DNA of 62,727 nucleotides, counting the filler, from Choristocarpus tenellus KU-1152 (taxonomy: Eukaryota; Protista; Phaeophyceae), in assembly GCA_964200185.2 (NCBI GenBank). It is 9 parts of 9 records of this genome, joined end to end, with 100 filler letters (N's around TTAATTAATTAA, not from the genome) between each part and the next. Parts side by side here need not be neighbours in the genome. Positions count along the whole stretch, not along the records: positions 21,742 to 27,715 come from CAXNAD020009276.1; positions 27,816 to 35,961 come from CAXNAD020005082.1; positions 36,062 to 52,162 come from CAXNAD020000878.1; 6 more parts are not named here. One strand, 5' to 3'. Positions within the stretch are counted from its first letter, which is position 1, and the number at the start of each line of letters is the position of its first letter. The translations under genes were made by a program, and so were the position numbers. The notes beneath the pieces are model-generated. The model was not told the DNA's origin and made no database searches. It saw only the letters and a program-made list of their open reading frames with translations. Positions 25,598-48,649 of the stretch are shown one piece after another.

Positions 25598-27129
25598 ATG
25601 GGGCATGGTTTGGTGACTGCTGTGCAGTGTTCAAGAGGAAAACCGATCTAAGTCTAGATCTTGGAATAATTTGTGTGCGCTCAAAACATACTCTGTGTTT
25701 CATGTTGTAGTTGTGCTAAGATTGGGCGGAAATCGCAAGGGTTAGGGTTAGCATTTTGTGTATGAAACGTTCTTTTCGTATTGTGATTTTGCTTAAGGTA
25801 AAAAAGAGATTGTTTCTTTTCTCTTGGTGTCACACGTTTCAAAAATCGTTTGTACGTCATTTGTGCTGTGGTGCACAAATGCAGTTTGATTTCCTAAGGT
25901 AGGGGGCATTGTTCAAGTTCATTCATTTCCTTGGTGCCGGGGGCATCAAGAACCATATGCAGTAGTTGATGAAGATTCTGTTGTTTTTTATTTTCTGGAG
26001 GGTACCTACTTTGTGTTGATTCTTGACTATTGAGTCTTTATTTTGGCATGGTGGATACAAAAGCAACTAATGTATGTCACACTTGTTTGGTATTGGTTTA
26101 CTATTGTTAAGGAGACATCAATTGTCTGTACTATGTCCTTGACTTCATCTTTCCAGGGACTATCACGACCCATGGTCAGAGGCAACACATGCTGCATGGT
26201 GTACTTCTCATACCAACTACTACCACTACTACTACTACTACTACCTCTCTACTGTCGAATTGTTGCACTAAAACTATTTGTACTGCATCTTTTTGTGCCT
26301 CGACTCTTGTGCATTGGTTTTACTCATTCCTCCACTCGTCACTCCTCCCTCTGCCTCAAATTTTGTGCTAGATTGGATTTGTATAATGAGAACTTTAGAA
26401 CTCGGATGACCTGTTGAAGACCAGGGTGGAATGTGTAAAAATTCAAATTTGTAGACGGGAAGTGATGTATACTTAAGTTCTTTGGAGTTGGAATAATTTC
26501 GGCATTACTTCTATTTGATCATAGAGTCTCGTCCTGGTGAGGAGCCCAGCCAATGTAGGCTTAGTCTGTTACGGTCTCGTGTGTATGTGTGTGTGAATCC
26601 CTTGTGTTGCGTTTTATCTTGTGTTGTGGGTCGTTTGAGTAGAGGATCGTATCGTGGTTGATCAAACCAAAAAGAAAGGGGTGAGATTCGATTGATTACT
26701 GTTTGCGTGAATGCACGCTGCACACATAACTGATGTAGCTTGGTGATTCGCCTCCTTCCATTCATGCGCTACATACGTACATCTTTCGATTCTAGTCGAG
26801 TACTTCGTCCGTTGGGCGTAGAATGTAACATAGCTTTTGCAAGCTCCGTTCTAACCCTGGAAGGACCCACATGATGAACCTCTTGACGAGGCTTAGTTCT
26901 CATACAGGTTGGGAGGCTTGCAAAGTTAGAGATGGTGGGCTGCCAAGATTGTGGAGAATCATCAGTACAAAGTCGACCAACTTGCATTTGACATGGTTCA
27001 AAAACCTCGTGGAAGTGTCGAAGCAAGTGCTTATTGGGATGCCTAGTGCAAAGTCACTCCGTCATTCGAGGTTGTCACTCATCCTGTCGTCGCACGTCGG
27101 TCCCTGTTCTTTGGCCCAGAAGTCTGTCC

Positions 27130-27694
27130 GGGACCCAGACTCAAACGCTCTCACCAAGAACAGAATAGTGGTGTGTGGGGAGGAGGCGAGAGGTATGGAC
27201 GGCCAAAGCTGGGGTCTCCCTTGCCTTGTGGGATCTGTACAAGCACAAGAAGGTGAAGAAGGTCAAGCGTTGGACTAAGCCAGTCCTCTCAGAGACCAGC
27301 AGAAAGTCAAGAGGTTGGGTATCATCATCAGCCACACACACAGGTGGGGGGAAAGTGGGGTTTTAGTGGATGATATGTACGACTGGGTGCATGTGGACGA
27401 GAAGTGGTTTTACATCCTCAAGGATGGGTAAGGTGTATCTACACCCTGCTGAGGAACCCTCAAACCCCCATAGGTACGGAATAAACGTTACGTTATAAAG
27501 GTGATGTTCCTTGCAGCTGTGGTCTGCCCTAGGAAGCTCTCCAACAGGGTGGGTGGTTTGATGGGAAATCGGGATCTGACCAATTGCGGATACTAAGGTT
27601 GCTCACTGCTTCAGCAAACACAGTCCCAAGGGCACCAAGGCGATTTGATTGTGCCAGCCACGGTGAACGGAGAGAGGTGTAAGAAGATCACAAT
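27130..27694 (+). mobile_element. Degenerate Tc1/mariner transposase fragment of the plant-type DD39D group, with stops and frameshifts
   Basis: Translated pieces DDMYDWVHVDEKWFYILKDG (from ~27369), VIKVMFLAAVVCPR (from ~27492) and WFDGK are hallmark motifs of this group; upstream KKVKRWTKPVLSE. Left boundary approximate. Confidence 0.8.
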
Positions 27695-27816
27695 GGCTCA
27701 AAGTATCTGGCGAGGNNNNNNNNNNNNNNNNNNNNNNNNNNNNNNNNNNNNNNNNNNNNTTAATTAATTAANNNNNNNNNNNNNNNNNNNNNNNNNNNNN
27801 NNNNNNNNNNNNNNNA

Positions 27817-28590
27817 TTGGATGTCTGCATTCATTATAATCGAGGAGACAAAGATATGAACGAGGGAGACGAAGAACTTCTAGTGGGTTATGGAGATTCT
27901 GACTGGGGCACAGAGTCCCAAACACGCAGGAGTGTCACAGGCTACTTGCTACTGTTCAGCAAGTCGCCAATTGCCTGGCGATCCAAACTTCAAGGTGCTG
28001 TCACCCTCTCCAGCTCGGAGGCAGAGTGGACGGCAATGGCATATGGCATGTGCCACAGCATTTTCCTTCAAGGCATTCTGGGGGAGATTGGTATATTACA
28101 GGATCAGACTCCCTCATTCTGTGACAATCGTGGTGCAATACAGGCGAGCAGAATCACAGGCTACAATGGGAGAACAAGACATGTAGACATGAAGCTGAAG
28201 TGCACTAGGGAATATGTGGACCAAGGCCTGTTTCATGTAGAATATGTTCCAACATCGAAACAACTAGCTGACATTTTGACTAGGCCTTTGCGTAAGAATC
28301 TTACTTCCAGTTTTGTGCATTCTGTGCTTTCGCGTCGGGGGTGAGCTTTTGCCAGCAAAATTGCTGCACGCTCATGGGGGAGTGTGCAATATAGACTGAT
28401 AGTCTATATCGGTTATACCCGTTTAGTGAACATTACTAGACAACAGGAATGTTGGCTAAGTGGAACAAGTGTCATTGATATCTGGTAGTGTGTGTAAAGT
28501 AATGAGTCCGAATCTCAGACGATTGATTTCTTATTACTTGATATAAATGAACTGTTGGAGGAGTTCTGACATAGTACTAGCTACACAAGA
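27817..28590 (+). mobile_element. Ty1/copia LTR retrotransposon 3' end: RNase H ORF (27817-28344), polypurine tract (~28376-28382) and probable 3' LTR from TG at 28383
   Basis: LVGYGDSDWG...RRSVTGY...IAWRSKLQ..VTLSSSEAE...CDNRGAI...RTRHVD...VPTSKQLADILT, followed by GGGGGAG|TGTG. LTR right end (CACA ~28587) is tentative. Confidence 0.93.
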
Positions 28591-29363
28591 TATGTGACAT
28601 AGAACGATGTAACGGCAGGAAATGTTTTGATGTGTCAGCTGATGAGTCAGCTGATGACTGATATATGTAATAAACAATAAGATAATAAGAGAGAGAACCC
28701 CCACCACCGAGGGCTGTGCTCACTCCGCTAATAAAACATATCCATACCACACAAAGCAAAATACTCTACTTGAGTAGTTCTCTCTTGCAAATGATGTGCA
28801 CATGTAAGCCCAAGCGTTGTACATTGCTTGCTCTGTACATGATCAAAATGGAGACCAAACCGTGGCAAATGGCAACATCGACTTTTGGTCCTTTCCAATG
28901 CTTCAACCATCTTGGCGGTCTGGCAATGGATGCAATTGTTCTATGTGTTACACCTGGAGTGGCGTAAACTCAAGACTCAGAGATTTGCCCAAAGTTTGAT
29001 TCTGTGAGGAAGAAAACTCTTAACCCAAATCAAGATTGGCTAAGGCTAGGTGTTGCAATGCCAGTTCAAATATGGCACCAACTCCAACCAGATTAAAGGG
29101 AAGCAAAAGCCTGGCAGCACAGAACACTATGAAATATATGTTGACAAGGTTTCTCAGTCAAATAACAATATCAAGAAATGAGATCATGGGCGGTGTTGCC
29201 AAGGGGACCATAACTCCGCTAGATTAACCACCAGAGGTGACTTCATGAGCTCCACGAACTGGGATTGATGAAGGGTGCATATTCAGAAAATAGAGTAGGG
29301 TAGAGCATATACAGTAAGTTCTTGATAGAGGTACGTACAATTAGAAACCAGAACAATCAGTCA

Positions 29364-29542
29364 GGCTCAAAGTATCTGGGGGGGGGGATCTACACCAGAA
29401 TGTCCATTAGGTCCCTAACCAGGAAAAGTGCACTTACATTATCCATCCCACGCATGCAACCAAATCACCCAAAAATCGCGAAATATTAAGAATGGTCCCC
29501 AAATGGACAGTCACCACCCCCTCCCCCCAGATACTTTGAGCC
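29364..29542. mobile_element. MITE family A
   Basis: Perfect TIR GGCTCAAAGTATCTGGGGGG / CCCCCCAGATACTTTGAGCC. Confidence 0.88.
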
Positions 29543-30874
29543 TGAATTAGGGCTTCTCACCTGGTTCTGAGGAGCAGGTCCAACAGTAGCGATGAGAGCG
29601 GTATTGGCATTTCCGCCAAGGGAGTCTGCCAGAATTCGAGTCAGTTTGCTGTCCCTGCCCCAGTCATGATTGTACAGTGGGAAGGAGTTCGTTGATGCAG
29701 TCTGTTTTCAATACATAATCTGTTAACCATACCACTCAAAGTAGTCTAGAGTGACGCCAAACATTTCAGGGGGCAGGGGGGCAGTTACGGGACGAAGGCA
29801 TCCTATGGTAACATGCGTACGATTGAGCTTTTGATGATACATGGACGCAAGTGTTGCTTTTCGGAACTTTGTATTAACGTTTGTTTTATACTTTACTATT
29901 GACACGGTTGATTTCTCAAAAGAGAAAAAAAAACGGCTTAGAAAATAATAAGAAGGTGGATAGCATTGGTCTGAGAACTAACTTTTCGCCTGCATATATA
30001 TATATATACCCTACACACAGTTCATATTTCTTGACATTGGTATATGCCGCCTGTTCTCACGCTACATGCTTTCGTTTGTGTGTATGGGACGGACATCCTG
30101 TGCAGTGAGTACACAGTGCTGCCTGCTCGATTGACTGTCTCCAGTGCAAGCTGACATTGTGTCAATGGCGATGGGTCAAGACACAAAGAAACACCTTCAA
30201 ATGACCACAATCGTAGACAGAACATTAGAGCACTGTTTCAGTCCTTACACCCAGAGGATTTAAGAGGGTAGTAGGAGTCTTGCCCTGTTTGTCCGTTTGG
30301 GGCTTGGCTCCCCACGTATTTTTTTTTCCTACCTTTCTTTGTTTTTTTGTGTGAACACAGTTACCTAAGGTATGCACGACCATGAAAGGTGTGTCCAGAA
30401 CAAGGGTGTTGGCACTTCCTAACAAACACGACCACCGCCGAAATTACATCAAAATCGGAACTATAGTTTTAGGACCCCAAACGGACACGACCCTACCCTC
30501 TTAAATCCTTCGACTCTGGTCACCCTTACAAACTCACAGGCCAGAAACGAAATGATTTGGAGCCACCACCATTGTCCTGACCTGAAAGGAATATGCGGCC
30601 GCTCTCCCCCCACCTGACCAAGAGCAGCGATAACATTCCCGAGAGCGCTGAGAGACCCGTTGATAAACCCAGCCTCCTTGAGGCGCTCTCCTGCTAACCC
30701 TACAACGATGTCGGGGGGAGGGGAGGGAGAGCAGTTTGCAAAGTCTGGTGAGTGAGAAGACAGACATGCCGCGATGAACAATAATTGTGTCAAATTGCTT
30801 TGGCTACAAAATGGTTGGAGCCTTCATGTGGAGACCCGGAGCCAAAGTTAAACAAAAAGGTAGGCCAGGTCTTG

Positions 30875-31122
30875 GAGCGAAAGTATCTTAGAGGGTACGA
30901 GTTTTGCCCTGTTTGTCCATTTGGGGCTTGCGTTTCTTATGACATTTTACTACTCCAAAATATTTCCGAGTAGGTGAAATGTATACGTCATTAAAAGGTG
31001 TGTCCGGAAGAAGGATATTGATACCTCCTAACAAACACAATATCCAAAATTACATCAAGATCGCACCATTAGATTTTGGGCCCGGAATGGACGCAGCTCT
31101 ACCCTCTAAGATACTTTGGCTC
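30875..31122. mobile_element. MITE family B (a more decayed copy lies at ~30250-30515)
   Basis: TIR GAGCGAAAGTATCTTAGAGGGTA / TACCCTCTAAGATACTTTGGCTC. Confidence 0.85.
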
Positions 31123-31332
31123 TTTGGTCGTTTTGCATTGCAAGCCATTTTTTTTCAGTCTTTTTTTGTGATTTGCCTATGTTTCTTATGGATGCAGTTC
31201 CTAAGGCTGACTTGAGGAGCGTTTATATTCCTCTGTTGCTTGGAAATTTCCCGACACGATCCAGAAGTATCTTACACAAATTTGTAAAAGTAAAAAAAGA
31301 AGTCGAATTTTTACGTATATTTGTTGTTATTG

Positions 31333-31565
31333 GAGTCAAAGTATCTTAGGAGGGTAGAGCCCCGTCCGTTTGGGGGCCAAAATCCAATGTTGCGATTTTG
31401 ATATAATTTTGGCTATCGTGTTTGTTAGGAAGTATCAATATCCTTGTTTGGATAGACCCCTTTAAAAATATACAGTTTAAACTGTCATTAAAAAACCCAT
31501 GGGAAGTCAAGCCCCAAACGGACAAACAGGGAAAAACTCCATACCCTCTAAGATACATTTTACTC
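31333..31565. mobile_element. MITE family B, inverted relative to the 30875 copy
   Basis: GAGTCAAAGTATCTTAGGAGGGTA ... TACCCTCTAAGATACATTTTACTC. Confidence 0.82.
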
Positions 31566-32959
31566 CATACCCTCTAAGACACTCCACTCATCCTTCTAAT
31601 GCAACTCTGAGTATCTCTCATTTGCATTGACTCACTATTGGTACACACTTTTCACTTACAGAGGTGCATCTAAACTATGTCTAAAATTGACATGGTTCTC
31701 CTACTAACTTCCTTTGGCGGCAGTGCCGCTGGACCCAGTGCATGTAAAAAAAGACTCATGGTTGATCCTAGGAAGGTCTTCTTTTTTTATTATTCCCATG
31801 CTATGCTGCTTTAGCCACCACTTTCACCACTCCCGAGCTTGCGTTTCCATTTCCAATATATCCCTATCATCGACAACACAACAACTTGGATCTGCCTCAC
31901 AGATCAAACGTAGCAGGAAAGATAGTAGTGTGTGGACTGAAGGCGTTTCGTCAAGAGAGGTTTTCCGTTGCTCCAAGAGTGCACAAGAGACCAAAATAGT
32001 GCTAAGAAGAAAAAAAAATCACATACGTAAACAACATAAATGAACATTGATATAGTGAAGAGGATATCGAGGTAAAAATCATTACTTCTGAGTCATGAAT
32101 ATGCAGTTACATTCTTGGGCTATTTTTATTGGGTGTGCACACATCGTTCTTCAAAAAAAAATATGTCTCCTTTGCTCTGTCAATGTTGGGACAAGTCACA
32201 ATGATTTACTTGATAATACCACTTCAAGGCACACGATCCTTAACAAAACGTTTCTTCCATTCCACCCCAAAGACAACCATCTGCTCATGACCATGTGCAC
32301 ATACCCCAAGCGATCAAGGTCTCAATAGACAAGGCCTCACAACATTTTGAGGGTCATATCCATCGCATATATATATATATATATGAATATATATGAATAT
32401 TGACATAATGTGTTCATGTACACATAAAACAAAAACACATATCCTATTCAAAAATTGAAGCCCCCACCACACAAGAAACAGTCCAAAATCGGTCTTCAGA
32501 TAGCCGAGATGACCAACAGTCCACTGCAAAGTCACATGGACAACCCCCTCGATCCCATATGGCGAAATCCCAATGCCATGCCTGCACGCAACAAACGAAA
32601 CTATTGACTCGCCTCCATCAGGAGCCGCATTGCTGCCTGCTACCACAACTGCTCCCTAAGCTCACCTAGACCCATGCCGCAGCATTCAACCTCCCCACAC
32701 GCTCTGACCCTGCCAAGTCCACCAGGACAAGGTTAGAAGAGCACCTTTTGCCCCAAACCATTCCGCTCAAGGTTCCTGATGGGATCCTCTGGTGGGTTGC
32801 GAGGGAGAGGGTAAGGACGGTATGACTTCAAGAAGATCTGCTGTTCTGAGTTGTTCGTGCAGTGGAGCGCCGGCCCAAGTCAGTGTTAATCAGAGCTGCA
32901 GCGTGAGAAGAGGGAAGATGAGAGGAATAGTTTTTGTAGTAAGGTTGATGGCGGAGAGG

Positions 32960-32964
<5 letters not shown>

Positions 32965-33026
<62 letters not shown>
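32965..33026. repeat. (GT)n microsatellite, about 31 units
   Basis: Directly visible. Confidence 0.97.
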
Positions 33027-33028
<2 letters not shown>

Positions 33029-33423
33029 CATTTACGGGTGTTCATAAGGGGTATATGAGGCTTGATCGACAAATTTATCACATTGGCACAGTGTGACCAC
33101 TCTATGAGCTAAAGTTAGGGTCATGTCATTGTCAACCCTTGCCTTAACCCTAAGTCGTATACAAACCCTATGTCGTATGACATATATCGTTATTACGACT
33201 GAGGTTTCCTTATCAGGTTTTTCTGATGCTAGTGGAGAATCTTCCAAATAATCGAGGGGAATTTTGTGCTAGAAACCAATCCCAGAAATAATACACATCT
33301 CTGTAGCCAGAGATTTGCATTACTTGGGGAATTTTGCGATGATTCCCCTCTTGTAAAGATTCTCATCACTCCACAGTTTTTCTGCAACTCCTTGCAGTTT
33401 TGCACTTGTCTAACCTTAACCTT

Positions 33424-33592
33424 GAACAGTCGATTTAAAAAATTGAGGATGGAGCTTTTCATTGAGGATGGGCTTGACCCAAAATTGACTGGGATAAAGT
33501 GTCGATATGTTTTATTTTTAATGACAATACAAAAAAAAAAATCGACACTTTATCCCAGTCAATTTTGGGTCAACTTTTGAAATCGGCTGTTC
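33424..33592. repeat. Foldback with a perfect 33-bp inner inverted repeat
   Basis: TTGACCCAAAATTGACTGGGATAAAGTGTCGAT (33474-33506) is the exact reverse complement of 33541-33573; outer arms GAACAGTCGATTTAAAA / TTTTGAAATCGGCTGTTC. Confidence 0.9.
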
Positions 33593-36425
33593 TTGCCCTC
33601 TAGATCACGGTTAGTCTCAGTCCGTCATCTGGTCCTTAGTCCGTCTGGTCCGTCTTTCCAGGTGATTCTCTTCGCCACCCTTACCTGATTGAACCACGCC
33701 GCGCTGAATCACAAGGTTAACGTCGGCGACACTGGTGAAATTGGAACTCACGCGTGCGAAGCACACAAATTTAGCAAATGATCAATAGTTGACACAACAC
33801 TAATAGTACGTAGAATACGAAGAATACATCAATACATCATTCTCTACAGATTAGTGGAATATCCAACCAAAATTGGTGGTAAAAGTAGTATCTTGATGGT
33901 ACAACCCTTATCTTGAACGCTGATTGAATCATTCAGCAAATCCCAGATTACATTCAGCAAAAGAACTAGGAAAATACACTATCAATAGTGTATCATACAA
34001 AAAATATCTCTATTTGGTAAAATATTACATGTATGTATGTAGTAGTAGTGTGTATATCTAGTAGTAAATCATCAACTGTCAAAAATCTGGTGTAACCATC
34101 CTGTGTGACACATGAAGGGGACAGGAAGAGTGTCGAGCGAGACACACCGATCGACTAACGCTTCAGGGTCATTCCAATCCTCGGCAGTGGCAGTCATAGC
34201 GAGAGAGGAATCCTCCACCTGCTCCAGATCGCCTCTCGTAATAATATGATGTCTTTCCCGTCACCCTGCAGTCACGGGGGACACACACACCAGGACGTCG
34301 ATCACCAGGTAGGTGAGGTGATAGTAGAATAAGGTAGGGAAAGCTACCCTAAGACATTCAATGGGTAGAACGTCGACACATCAACGAATAGGAGGGGTAC
34401 CTCACCGTATCCTCCGTCTACAGAGGAGCCTCCCACGCGAGCCTCCTTGAAATTGGGGTTGAAGGATACCTCTGCCCTCTATCGCGGCAAGGGTTGGCTG
34501 TCATCCACGTGCGATCATTGGCGTCTAGACCTCCGCATCTTGCTTTCCTCGTGCCAATGAGCCGATAATTTCCACCAGAGGACTTGGTATTCTTTGTCGT
34601 CGCAACTTCAGCAGTTTGAGGACTTCGACCCCCTCTCGTTTAACCCATCTCCTCAATGATATCATGGTCGCGCATAGACAGGACCTTCACTACAAAAACG
34701 TGCTCTCACAAAGTTACCACATAGATAGTTTCCCGTTCCCCATCCGTTTAACCACCGCATGACTCTAGAATCGATTCTATTCCTTCCTTGCAATTGGTCT
34801 GCTGCCACTTACGAACCCCATACACCCTGGGTGCCCTCAGACTTCGGATAGTAGCGACTGTGCACTCAGACGGGCAAGGTCCGTAGAGACCTGGGCGGAT
34901 AAACCACTGGACAGCATGACCTCCACCCTGCCTTTCAACGCAGAGCCATCAGCTTTGGTGACTCCACTGGACGATTCTGATGACGGAGGGGGCCCTGATC
35001 TTCTGACCATGGTATGTATACAGCATCTCCACTCTTAGGATGAGAGTGTTGCCTGAATTTTGAAAGCGTTTGTCTACTACGGAGTGCTATCATCAGGCAT
35101 TCAACAAAACCCACTTTCTTTCGTCACAGCTTCTTGAATACAGAGTTGTATATTGTAGTGGGATATTTTGGCAGTGTATCCAAAGAATCTACCCCCTGGC
35201 ATGGCATGTCTCCCTTGCATGCTGTGGCAGGGGGTCAGCCGGCGGTACTCGTCAATTCCGAGCGGTGAAGCCTGTCAACCAATGAACTATTGTTCCTCGG
35301 GAGCGGCATATATCAGAGTATATCGGAGAACGAAACATTCCACATCCTTCTTTCATACCAATCACTGCTTGATTATTGTGCACCATTGTGGGATGCTGCT
35401 GCTGTGGAAATCATACAAGAATGTCTGCCCTCTAAGCATCCTACTTTCACGCTCTATGCAAAAGACAAGGTCCTTGATATTTCTGCAGAACAAAACCATT
35501 GTGCTTTACCGAGGTTCCGTTGTGCATATATGCAGCTGCTGTTGAGGATGATCTCGTACACCCCCCTCTATTCTCTCACAGTCGACAACAATACTATAAG
35601 ATCGTATCTGGAGTATATCACGCAACAATCTACCACACACTACTCACCTCATTCACAATAATTCTTTGATTGCCCATGCCTCCCAGGTGAGCTGCATGCT
35701 GAGCAAGAACACTGAGGATGTCATGGGAGCACTTGGGCAACATACCAAGACACTGGTGGGTGAATGTTCCATGCTCCTGCAGTTGCTTCTGTGGAGAATC
35801 GCTGCGTTGACACTGCCACACCTTCCCCTTCCCTTGACAGTACCTTTCCCACCACATTGCCAGGAAATGATGAGACAGGTTGCACGTTTACGGGTCAACG
35901 TATCTTGGGGGGGGGGGTGTCGGCGTCCGTTTTTCACTCTTTTTTCGATTTTCACTTTTTTNNNNNNNNNNNNNNNNNNNNNNNNNNNNNNNNNNNNNNN
36001 NNNNNTTAATTAATTAANNNNNNNNNNNNNNNNNNNNNNNNNNNNNNNNNNNNNNNNNNNNCCCCTTAAGAAACTACAAAAACAACAGTTGTAAAATCCA
36101 AAATCCAGTTGCAAGCACTCCTAGTTTTTTCCATCTAGCCTCACCGACTGAGCAGTCTGCAAAGCAACCCACCTCCCTCCCCCCCTCCTCTATTAACAGA
36201 GTCAAGTGTGAACCAGTACTATTGCTCAGATGACTATAAATATAATGTGTCGAACTATACTAGGTACAGTACATATTTTCAAACCCTAACCTTAACCCTA
36301 ACAAAAAACAAAATAATTTAACAAGCCACTAAGACAGGTCACAAATCCCATCGCTCCTCTCAAAGCAATCCCACCCAATCACGGAAAGCAAATGATGCAG
36401 TATATGTACCCCAAAACTAACTCAC

Positions 36426-46614
<10,189 letters not shown>

Positions 46615-47030
46615 CTAAGACGTTACTCCGAGTTATCAGTCCGACTGTGGGTAGCCAACAGTTGATGGAGAGAAAACCTAATCACTAGTTAGTTAACAGG
46701 GGAAGGAGAGAAAAAAAGGTACTACTATAATGATAAGGCTTTTGTAATGACGTCATCAGCCTCGACAAACACAGAAAAATATATAGATCGGAGAGATTAT
46801 TATAACCCCCGCAACATCACAAAATCTTTGAGTGAAGACAAATCGAAATAGTATGATTATTGACAAATGTGTACAACGGTAACAGCAGTAGACCTTAGAG
46901 TGTACAACTAGATTCTGATACAAAGAAGCAATAATCACTCCAATTGTAATCTACGGGTGGGACGAAGGGTAGGTTTCCTATTCAACACACTTAACCTAAC
47001 TAAAAAAGGAACACAAGAATAATTGTGAAG

Positions 47031-48274
47031 ATGCCAATCGACGATGATGTTATTGAGATGGGAGAGGATGGGTTCGACCTGTCTGTGTCATCCATCGAAG
47101 GTCCTCTATCACGGTCGAACTGCGAGGAACCACGGAATCAGGTCAATATACCCATACTATTCATCTTCTTTTCGGGTCTTCGTGTTCTGACTGGTTGCAC
47201 CACATTTATCGCATGCAATCCAGGAATATGTATGGTCGTTATTTGTTGTTGTTCATCCCACTCCTGTTGTACCTCGCCAATCCAGGTGTCGACTGCAGGA
47301 AAGCGTGAACGCAGTAGTACCCCAATACCGCCCTCAGCCCTCAAGACAGAGAATAAGTCGCTCACCGGACAGGAAAACATATCTAAAGATATAGAGGTCA
47401 TTTCCTCGAAGGCTACCAAACTTGGTTCTACAAAAGATACTAATAGCGTGTTCTCTCCTATCAGTGGGGAGATGGACAAGCCTGCATACCAGGTACCATC
47501 CATGCGCCATCGAGCAGGTTCTACTGTAGATTGTGAACAGACCTCCTCCTGTCTAACCATTGTTCTCTATTGTTACCTTAAAGTGGAGAAATATGATTTA
47601 CGAGATCTCAAATAGGTACGGAATTATTCTTGTCCGGCAACGAGGAGTGATACATAGGAGGTACTAATTGTCCCCATTCCTTTCTCATCCTCCCTGTTCA
47701 GGTTTTCATTAACACAGCAATTTGGTTGGTAGGGAGGTCTCTCATTCCAAATTTCTGTTGCTTGGCTATTTATCTTGCATATTTACACTAACATCAGGCG
47801 TCACGAATAATTGATGAAAAAACAATATTCGTGCATGTCTTCACTGTCATGCCTATATCACCATTATTTGTTGTGTGTGACGAACTGAAGCTAGACACAT
47901 AAAATTGACATTAGGCACCAAAACCTTATCTTGAGCACATCCTGGTCCTCCATCCTGCCACCATATCGGAACAGATGTCCAAGATCGAGACACCTGGAGA
48001 ACACCCATCACTAGAAGTCTGTGTTGACCTCCAGGAGATCGACAGTCAGCTACCACAGCAGAGTCTTAACCAGCCTATGTGTGGCAGAGATGCCTCTGAT
48101 TGCAACAATTCTGCTGGTACTAGGGTAGGAGTGACCAAAGATGGATCTTTCTTAGTCCTTGAAGCCATGGGCCAGCAATTAGACTTAATACTCCCTGTCC
48201 GTGTGGTGCAAGAATCAGCTCGGTGCTACTTGTGGGAGAACAAGCTTACTTTTAGAGCCACACTTGTTGCATGA
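47031..48274 (+). CDS. Unidentified spliced gene divergent from the USP47-like gene; probable exons 47031-47141, 47286-47492, 47975-48274 (middle exons uncertain)
   Basis: ATG, CAG|GT donors and AG acceptors in phase 0 with protein-like composition. The C-terminal LDLILPVRVVQESARCYLWENKLTFRATLV loosely resembles a CS/HSP20-like domain end. Confidence 0.5.
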
Positions 48275-48649
48275 AATAAAAATTTTGGGAGGGGAGCAAA
48301 TAAAAGGTGTGTAATTTGCAATTTGTTGTATTGGATAGGGTAGTGATTCTGATTTTGATACATAACAAACCACCTGCACCCCAAGGTTAGAAGTACCCCT
48401 CCAACTCAAAGCACCTGGTTCTTAGAGAATGTATAGTGGGATTGAAAAATTAATGAATAATATATAGCACATGGATAAAAAGGTACTCCTCCCCACCCTG
48501 TACAATAAGTACATATTTTAGTCCAACTAAATTCAAAAGGGTACCTTGTGCAACATGTACCCACTAACTCTAACCCTCCCAAAACTAACCAACTACTATC
48601 AAGTGCAGCAATTTGTGTTACCGCTTATTCCTTTGAAGTGCGAGGCAAT

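Larger units (their letters stand above)
29561..32895 (-). pseudogene. Kinesin motor-domain gene, apparently disabled; exons 32895-32666, ~30699-30582, 29654-29561
   Basis: TQNSRSS*SHTVLTL (switch I with TGA at 32830-32828), LVLVDLAGSERV (switch II), ERLKEAGFINGSLSALGNVIAAL...HIPFR|[27 protein letters not shown] second in-frame stop or phase conflict lies just before the donor at 32666. Confidence 0.82.

Noticed and set aside
32828-32830. TGA in the kinesin as selenocysteine, readthrough or a variant genetic code
   Set aside because: The position requires Arg, a second lesion is present, and TGA terminates other genes here (PARN, carbonyl reductase).
32792-33081. ORFs with CVCVCV or HTHTHT runs
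   Set aside because: These runs are translations of the (GT)n microsatellite.
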